64,000 nucleotides of DNA from NCBI RefSeq assembly GCF_006345805.1, contig NC_042997.1, forward strand, positions 7,626,001 to 7,690,000. Reading direction: 5' to 3'. The stretch comes from Octopus sinensis. Taxonomy: Eukaryota. The position numbers were made by a program, and so were the translations under genes. Under the pieces are notes generated by a model. It was not told where the DNA came from and ran no database searches. It saw only the letters and a program-made list of their open reading frames with translations. Each line of letters opens with the position of its first letter. Position 1 is the stretch's first letter. This document shows positions 54,680-64,000 of the stretch, piece after piece.

Positions 54680-54994
54680 GAAGGCGCCTGGCATAGTTGT
54701 TGGGGCATTCGGCTCATGATTCCAAGGTCTTGAGTTCGATTCTCGGCGACCCTTTGTGTTCTTTAGCAAGACACTTCATTTCACGTTGCCCCAGTCCACT
54801 CAGCTGGCAAACATGAGTTATACCTGTATTTCAAAGGGCCGGTTTCGTCACACTTTCGTCAACTACCTGAGAACTACGTTAGGGGTACGCATATATGTGG
54901 ATTCCTCAGTCGCTTGCACGTTAATTTCACGAACAGGCTGTTCCGTTGATCATATCAGCTGGGACCCTCGTCGTTGCAATCGACGGAGTGCTCC
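54680..54994 (+). mobile_element. tRNA-derived SINE family C, full-length
   Basis: tRNA-like head with A-box tggcatagttgttgg and B-box gagttcgattc, then tgtgttctttagcaagacactt. The 3' part matches 36336-36542. Confidence 0.88.
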
Positions 54995-55149
54995 TCTTTT
55001 TTATATTATGTGATAAAATCAAGTACTTAAAAGCACATTCACCAAGTAGGGTTGGACAAACCTGTGGTCAGCACCTATGTTCGATTAGATACCCAGTTGG
55101 ATTTTCGGATTATGCATAGAGAAAACCACTCCTACGAGGTCAACGGACC

Positions 55150-56002
55150 TCAGCGTTCTACTTGTATTTATATCATCGACTCCGAAAGGTTGAAAGCCAA
55201 AATTTCTCTCCGTGGAATATGAACTTAGGACGTAAAGGTAAACGAAATGCCACTAATCATGCTAAGGATATTGCCTGTTCGCCGCCTTAAATAACTCCAA
55301 AGTTGGTTTGAATTTTACTATGAGGCCAGCACTTTTTGATGGGGTGAGTAAGTCGATAATGTCGTCCCTAGCCTTCAAATTGCACATATTTTATCGACTT
55401 CGAAATAATAAATGGCAAAGTCGACCTCGTCGATATTTGAACTAGAGGGCAAAAATGAATGAAATGTTGTCGACCTTTTTGTCCAGCGTGCTAACGATGC
55501 TGCTGGCTCGCCAACATAAATACGTCAAATATGAAATTTAAAAAATAAGGCAGTGAGTCGGCAGAATTGTTAGCACACCAAACAAAATGCCTTGCGGTAT
55601 TTCCTCCGACTTTACCTTCTGAATTCAATTTCCGCCGATACCAACTTTGCCTTTCATCCTATCGGAGTGAATGAAATAATTATTAGTTCAACTCTAGGCT
55701 TGACGTAATCCGCTTACCCCATTCCCTGAAATGTCTAGTCTTGTGTCAAGATTTGAAACTATTAGTAAATGAAAGAAAACCGACTCTGGTGTATAATGGC
55801 TCTAATATTTATTTTAAATTTTGACACAGGGTCAGTATTTTCGTGGGAACTGGCTAAGTTGATTAGATTGACCCTAGTGGTCAGTGGTAACGATTTCATC
55901 GACGCCGAAAGGATGAAATGTAAAATCTACTTTAGCGGCGGACGAAATGCTGCTAGGCATTTTGTTCAGCATGTTAACGTTTCTATCAGCTCACCACCTT
56001 AA
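55150..56002. mobile_element. Cluster of four SINE family A copies (55150-55290 -, 55335-55516 -, 55547-55765 +, 55840-56002 -)
   Basis: Each carries the ctttgcctttcatcc..cggggtcgat core or its reverse complement, plus the ggcggcgagctggcag-like head. Confidence 0.75.
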
Positions 56003-56504
56003 TTAATAGCTCTAATATCGATGAATAAAAGCTCGTATATGAAACGATCACGCATAATAAAACTGATAACATGAGTGCCATTATTAATCACTTGCAGTGT
56101 TCAGTTGTCGAAATAAAGGATCCACCCAAATGCCACTGTAGATAAGCAGCTCAAAGGCTCCGTAATGAGAATTGTCTATATACCAAGTGATGTGTAATTG
56201 TAATGCCGTTATTAATAATGACTTAAAGTGTTACATAGAGTCAAATTTAAATTTAAAATTTGTCTTTAATAGAAATATATATTTTACGCAAAAGAAAGAT
56301 CAGCACATTTAAAATGTTAACGAAATATCTCAGGTCTAACCAATTAAATGATATAGCTTTTCAGTCTAATGGGATATCACTTTCAACGAGAAAACGGGAG
56401 TCCATTGATCAAATGAATTACAATCTCCATGAAATAGCATTGTAAATGCAGGTTGAGCAATCACGTCTTCCCTTAGTAACCCAAATTCAAATAAGGGTAT
56501 TTCT

Positions 56505-56733
56505 ATTATTAGAAGAACTATCCAACAAACGGAGCACTATTTTAATGTTGCCTCGAAAATTTTCATCAGATAGTGTACCTCATCACAAGGTTAGGGAGAT
56601 TGACCACTGAGCGATTTGTATTATTAAAAGAACTATCCAACAAACGGAGCACTATTCAGATATCGCCTCCAGAATTTCCATCAGACGGTGTACCTCATCA
56701 CAAGGTTAAGGAGATTGACCACTGAGCGACTTC
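56505..56733. repeat. 115-bp tandem duplication
   Basis: aagaactatccaacaaacggagcactatt...gattgaccactgagcga occurs at 56513 and again at 56628. Confidence 0.9.
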
Positions 56734-57102
56734 TGATTGTAACCTGATACTCCAGTATTAAAACCAAATAAATAAAAAGCTCGGCCATTATCATAAAGTA
56801 CTTCTTCATCAAAATGTTAACCAAAGAAATGTCTTTAACTGACAAGGAAGAGTTCCAATTATGCATAGCTAAATTTTAAATATTGTACCGTTTTATTGAA
56901 ACATCGTCACGTAATGAACTTTAACAAGGTATTACGTGTGGAAATCTTGCATTTCTAAGCATTATACGAATTATCACTGTGCTTCATATTTTATAGCATT
57001 TAATGTATTAATATTCCCGGCACTTTAACCAGTTATCCATCGTGTGTGTATATATGTGAATGTGTGTATGTCTATATGTGCGTGAGAGAGAGCGAGAGAG
57101 AA

Positions 57103-57134
<32 letters not shown>

Positions 57135-57304
57135 TGTATGTTTACATACATCAAGAAACAAACATATGCTGCGTATTTGAGGCGAATATTTTTACAATAT
57201 CGAATAAACTATTGGAAACAACAAAACCAATGTAAAGCAATTGATTATGCTAACGAAATACATAGCAAGTAATTGCAGATAAAAGTAATAATGTAAATAA
57301 AACT

Positions 57305-57355
<51 letters not shown>

Positions 57356-57362
57356 TATATAT

Positions 57363-57419
<57 letters not shown>

Positions 57420-58214
57420 ATTATATATATATATATATATACATGTTATTTTATTTGGTTTTTTCCTGGATTGAATTTCACTGAAATTCCATTATACAAT
57501 ATGTATGTTACAGTTTCTTAATTTGACTATTTCTGTTATCATCCTTTGTTTTTATTCTTTAATGTGTCAAAGCGATGTATTTTTGACGTAAAATATATGA
57601 AAAAGATCCATTTCAATGTAAATGACAAGATTCTCTTACGTAGGTAATCTGGGGAATCAACATTGTTTATCAAAATCACCACTGTCTCTTTAACTTATTT
57701 TCTAAAGTGGTGCATGTAGCAGAATGACATATTTTAATCCAAGAAATTGTGAGACAAATTGTAGAATACTGTCACTCATATTTCATATTATGTATATTTT
57801 ATTATTGTAAATCTAAGCCTACCTGCTACAATATTCGCACTTAATCTCAATTAAATATATTATTGCGTTGAAACAGAACTTCTATCGAAGCCATTACAAT
57901 GAGCTTCATTCTCTGTTGCGCCAATGTAGAATTACAATATCAAACATTTCTCATTTCTCTAAAATATTATACGATCATATTAGGAAGATCTAATCCTTAT
58001 CCATAATTCCATCTTTTTGAATATTACTATTTCATGTTAATTTCATCGTTGGCTGTGATAATATTTCGGAAAAGAAAACAGGAACACTTTCTCTGAAGAG
58101 CGCGCATCGAATATGTGTATCTGTGTTTATGTATATCCAAATCAGTTTTCTGACACGTTTGTATGAACAGCGATTTGTATCCTATTTTGTATGTTTGGTC
58201 CGATAATTCTTACG

Positions 58215-58510
58215 GTTATTTAATTCTAGACTTCAATTCTTGCCGAGGTCCATTTTGATTTTCATACTTTCAGCGTCGACAATACGAGTGCCTATTGAGC
58301 ACTGGGATCAGTGTTGTTGACTAATCTTCTCCCCTGAAAGCGTAGTCCTTATGCCCATAATAGAAAGGATTACTATTAAGACGGCAAGTTGGTAGAATCG
58401 TTAGCACTCTGGATAACCCAAAAAAAATAGTGTAATTTCTTGAATTCATATTCTGACACGATCAGCTTTGTTTTCTATCATTTCGGGGTCGATAAAATAA
58501 GTGCAACAAG
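58215..58510 (+). mobile_element. Two tandem diverged SINE family A fragments
   Basis: ttttcatactttcagcgtcgac (58260), aagacggcaagttggtagaatcgttagc (58378) and tatcatttcggggtcgataaaataag. Confidence 0.65.
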
Positions 58511-58625
<115 letters not shown>

Positions 58626-59150
58626 AAGAGATCCGAGAAATTAGCATCACTTTTAACATAAATATAAAGGAAAAGCATTCTCCCAACTTAAAATACCAGT
58701 GCACAAAATGAAGTAAAACAAAAGAATCTATACGAACGGAAATGTGAGGGTACATGTCCGGAGTAATTGTATGCCTTTGATTTCTTCCTATCAGACATTT
58801 CTTAAAACGAAAAATAAGAAGCAAAAGGAAGCATGACAAAAAATTCATGCGTAGAATGATAAAGAAACAGAGAATAGCCATCGACGAGATGCCGAAAAAT
58901 GTGTCACCTATTCAGTCACAACAGTCGTACAAAATATATATAGATTCGAACGAAGCAAAGACGCTAATGCAAACACAAGGTTAGAAATATCTTCAAGCAG
59001 AAGAAGGCACAGAAAGTATCCAATAGTATAACCAAATTTAAAACAACAGAGAAATAAAGCCAACAGGTTGGAATGAAACCCGTTAACTTCCATTTCAGTT
59101 TTGAAAAAGTAATCAAATCAGCAATGCTACTTAGCAGTTCATTTATATAA

Positions 59151-60384
59151 AACATGTTGGGATCTTTTCCTTTTGATGGACGGAATTTCTAGTTAACTAA
59201 ACAATTTGAAACTTCGTATACTGGTAGAATGTGTCAAAAGAAAACATTATTGTAAATAAAATTGAAAACAAAATTGTAATTTGTAAGTTTAACGTAGTTT
59301 AATTCTTCGAATTTTCACCAATGAAATGCCAGCATTTGAGCTCAAATCATTTTCTGCGTTATCGATATTGATAAACAAACATAGCAGACGCAGGCCGCAT
59401 ACACACACACAGACATATATTCAGATACATACACACGTACACTTGTACACACACACACACACACTCTCTGTCACTCTCTCTCTCTCTCTCTCTCTCTCAA
59501 ACACATGCATATACATTTGGACAAGCACATAGTAAGTAACATATAAGCCTACACACACATACAAACGGAGATATACATACACACACATACGCACACAAGC
59601 ATACAGACACGTTCGTGAGTTCGCACTGGTGTCGATAGAATCTACTTAATACTTTTGTATCTCATGCTTTGTCCCCTCTGTGTTTTGCCCCTTGACGGAA
59701 CAAATTTACACAAAAGGTAAATAAACCAGAAATGGGGGGGGGATCAATGTTTCATCGTTTCGGGGTCGATAAATTAAGTACCAATTACGCACTGGTGTCG
59801 AGGATTTTTTCCCAATTTATATCACAACCTCCGACAAGCTGAGGCATCCTTTTATGAAAAAATATTTCGCAAATTTTTACAATATGACCCACACTCCAAG
59901 CGCACCCTCTAGACCGATTTCGGCATATTATTGTTTTGTTTTTGTTGTTTCTGGCCCTTCAAAACCATGGGAGAAGCCTTTTCGGTAAAAAAAGAAAGAA
60001 AATATTCAAAAAATATCGTTAATATTTTTATTGGGCGACGAAATTCATCGATTTAAGTGATATAGCTGTTACTTCTAGCACATGCCTCCTTCTTCCGCCT
60101 TTGTTTATCAATATCGATGAGCGAGATAGAAGACAAAAGAGAGAAGGATGAATAACATGTGTGTGTGTGTGTGTGTGCTGTTTACAGGATATTGTCTGAG
60201 ATTTTAGACGCAGAAAATGATTTGAACTCAAATGCTGGTATTCGAAGACTGAAACTACGTTAAACTTACAAATTACAATTTTGTTTACAATGTTTTCTTT
60301 TGACACATTCTACCAGTATACGAAGTTTCAAATTGTTTAGTTAACTAGAAATTCCGTCCATCAAAAGGAAAATATCCACATGTT
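59151..60384. mobile_element. Non-autonomous DNA transposon-like element with ~200-bp terminal inverted repeats
   Basis: 59151-59380 is the reverse complement of 60100-60384, including a long exact match ttttccttttgatggacggaatttctagttaactaaacaatttgaaacttcgtatactggtagaatgtgtcaaaagaaaacatt. SINE scraps lie inside. The TSD was not resolved. Confidence 0.7.
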
Positions 60385-60498
60385 GTTGTTGTTTTTTTTT
60401 GGGGGGGGGGGACTTAGAAGACACTTGTTTTGTTTGTTTTCGGTGAGGTTCCAAGACAATGGAGATGGATAGATAGAAATATAGGTAAGTATTTAGGC

Positions 60499-60680
<182 letters not shown>

Positions 60681-61296
60681 ACATATGGGTAGAGGTTAAG
60701 AGAGAAAGAAGGGGCATCCACCTTCGTATTCATCATTCATTTATTTATTTTTCCTTTTATTATTGTATACGAATGAGTTTAAGGATGGTGACCTCTTCAA
60801 AAAATAAATATAAATAAGAATAGAAAATAAAAAAACGGGTGTGGTTTGGTCATCACTGAAAGGCTTTTTGCTTTCATTCTATTCCTCTTATTTTCTTCTT
60901 TCCGTTTTTCTTCCTTTCCTCCTTTCTTTCTGCTCCCCTTTGTGTTATATTTAGGATATATTCTTTCCAAACATTCATTTTTGGAGGGAATTTTTTCATA
61001 AAGTGTAGTTCTGCATGAAAATACATTTGTAAAATATTTGCAAATTAACAATTTTAAAAATCAATCAGTAAATAAAATAACAAGAATATATGTATATGTA
61101 AGAGAAAAAAATCTATCAGAAAGGAACTCTATCTCTCTTAAATAAATATCTTTTGATAAGCATAACAAATGCGCAACCGGTAAAATGAACTCTCACCTAA
61201 TTAAATATATTCTCCCTTACTTAAATTATTTTGTCAGCATTTCTTCATTTCCTTTTTTTATATATCACAACTCGTGTTCCACATCTCCTTTTTTAA

Positions 61297-61362
<66 letters not shown>

Positions 61363-61392
61363 GAGAGAGAGGTGAGTGAGAGAGGAGAGAGA

Positions 61393-61548
61393 GAGGGAGA
61401 ATTCACGAATAAAACAAAAGACGAAGACAGATGGTGTAGAAAACAAACAGATGTATTAGTATAACGCTCAGGAATTGAATAATTATTTTGCCTTTCGAGC
61501 CTACGTTCTTCCACAGAAAGGAACACAGAAAGAATCAAGGAAAGAAAC
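61393..61548 (-). mobile_element. Short microsatellite-embedded repeat related to 38850-39030 and 5889-5972, with a degenerate hammerhead-like motif
   Basis: 61393-61548 and 38850-39030 share the layout aagacgaagacag...tattagt...cgctca...tttcgagc...tcttcca, and 5889-5972 has only its left half. The minus strand reads CTGTGGA-agaacgtaggctc-GAAA. Confidence 0.5.
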
Positions 61549-62595
61549 ATATGCATATATACATATATCTATACGTAAAGTTAGAACATCCCAATGTTCA
61601 CATAGATATGTCTGAACATTTGTAGAGGTGAGCCACGTTTGGAATAAAGAACTGAAATTCTCCACTTCACATTCAAACATTCAATTTTAGAGAAGGTTTC
61701 TTGATGAAGTGTGTTTGTGTGCATGTTTCTCTCTCTCTCTCACTTTCTCTCTTTCTCTTTCTCTCTCTCTGTATGTGCGTGTGTATGTATGTATACATAC
61801 ACACAGTTAGGGTGGGAAAGAGACAAAGAACGAGAGACATGCTAGTTCTTAATCACAACAAAGCAACCTGTCGCATTCAATCTCACATCCACCATATATC
61901 ATATAATATACAGACTGGAATGGGTTAGTACATGATGACACATAGGTCATTAAACATTCTGCTACCTTGTGGTTTGTTACTAATTGTATTTATATTAGTG
62001 AATCAGTGATGGTTTCTAAAACCTAAACCATTTGCGAATAACTTCGTGCGATTATATCAGAGTTAAATATGTTTTACGGCAAATTATCGGTATATATCCC
62101 ACCACAATCGATTCGCTGAAATCTACGTTTAATTTTAGTATTACTAACATACAAGATATTGCAAAGTGCACAGTATTGGAAATTAATACTTCAAAAAGGT
62201 TTTCTATACATAGGCCCACGCACAAGCATAATCATGTACTACTAATGAGATGTAATATGCTGATGTGTCAGCTAAATGTATGTCTGCACTTCTATTGCCT
62301 TTATTTTAAAAGTAGTTCAGTATATGTTATTATTTTATCTTCGTTTTAGTATAAAAGTTCTAGGTTTGCTTGCTATCATGCACGCACTCACACGTACACA
62401 CACACACACACTTTCTCTCTCTCTCTCGCTCCCTCTCAGTCAGGCACATACATACTCATATACATCTGAGTGTGTTTGTGTAGCTATGTCTGTATGTGTA
62501 GATGTCCACACACGTGAACGCAGAGCACACGCACATATACATATATTTTCTTATATATGCCTATATATATATTCATATATATTCATGTTTATATG

Positions 62596-62634
<39 letters not shown>

Positions 62635-62661
62635 ATTCTCACACAAACACACAGATACACA

Positions 62662-62763
<102 letters not shown>

Positions 62764-63074
62764 TTACTTATGCATATACTTGTCTGTACGTATGTATAAC
62801 CTTCCTGCTGCTGAATCGGTACAGATTGCAATATCATATTTTATATCAATCATCTTGCATAGGGCTGCAGGCTATTCTTCCAAGAACAGCTATTTGAATA
62901 ATTTCATTGGACAATGATGCTAAAATCTGCTCGCATGTATCTAAATATCATAGTGGATTTTGGGTCCAAACTAGATTTGCGAGCTTTTTCACATACCAAC
63001 TATTTCCACCTATATACATATGGAAACATATAAGCGCGCACATACACCCCTACATGACCACACATACACACGCT

Positions 63075-63126
<52 letters not shown>

Positions 63127-64000
63127 TATATATATATACATAGACAAATTGATAGATATATATACATACACATATATGTATATATACACATACATGTACA
63201 CGTATATATTAATATGTAATTACATACCTGCGTATACATACATATATACAAGCAGTTAGTACAAAAACACACACGCATATATGCATGGCTGTATATTAGT
63301 GTGTGTATCTGTATATCTGTATTATTATATATACACATACGTGCATAGATGTGTGCGAATAAAAATCCATAATAATACTTTTGCTCTCTTCTATTACCTC
63401 ACCTTAGGACACGTCTGAAACAAGTTATTCAAATTTCATACCTCTTTTTCAAGGGTGAAATAACAATGGGCCTCTTGGCTATGGATATTGCTAGCTAATA
63501 TGGATGCATTCTATACAGCAATTGATTTCTCAAAATCTTATTTCTTTTTAGGCATTCTTCAATTTTCTCTTGTCTACCTGACCTTTGTGTCTATGTTAAG
63601 TTCGACAAGTTTACCTAAGAAAGTTGTCATATCATTGTTGTTCTTTCTGCTTTTATGTACATCTTGGGAATTTTTGATTTCTTTTTCTATTGAGATAATT
63701 TATATCGTATATCGTATCCTTGTTTTCTTTCTTTTTTTTGTCGTTACGACAATATTAAAAATGCTGCTGCTGCTGCTACCACACTGCTACAACTATGTCT
63801 TCAACTTTTTTCCACTACTAATAATAATATTTCAGCTACTGCTATTACTACTTCTATGACCAATATTACCACCACTACTACAAACAATAAAAATCAGAAT
63901 AATAAACAATAATAGTGATGATAAAATTTTTACACTTCTGTTATTCTTATATTCCTTGTGTGTAGTCCAGAATGAAACACTGATTGTCTGTCGTTAAATT

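Noticed and set aside
54680-54750. tRNA gene
   Set aside because: The tRNA-like head continues into a SINE body that is repeated at 36336-36542, and the cloverleaf is imperfect.
58088-58120. Hammerhead-like CTGAAGA...GAAT
   Set aside because: It has no stem II or III pairing and no GAAA, which is the chance expectation in 64 kb.

Overview
This is a very AT-rich, microsatellite-saturated eukaryotic window with no recognisable host gene, rRNA, tRNA gene or CRISPR array. The repeat families look like those of a coleoid cephalopod (Octopus-like), which is an inference from recalled repeat sequences and was not checked. The window reads as intronic or intergenic DNA made of transposable elements. 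These include a 5'-truncated Penelope-like element (PLE) with an open RT (YRDD) plus GIY-YIG frame and a downstream hammerhead ribozyme, decayed R4/Dong, CR1 and RTE LINEs, three tRNA-derived SINE families, mariner and maT relics, a Merlin-type element with 9-bp TSDs, and a probable Helitron end. The most interesting unexplained structure is a set of short non-coding modules in or beside (TA)n tracts. Several carry minimal type I hammerhead motifs (three good, several decayed) and several are arranged as fold-back inverted repeats, one a perfect 129-bp hairpin. Almost all ORFs in the supplied track are translation artefacts of microsatellites.
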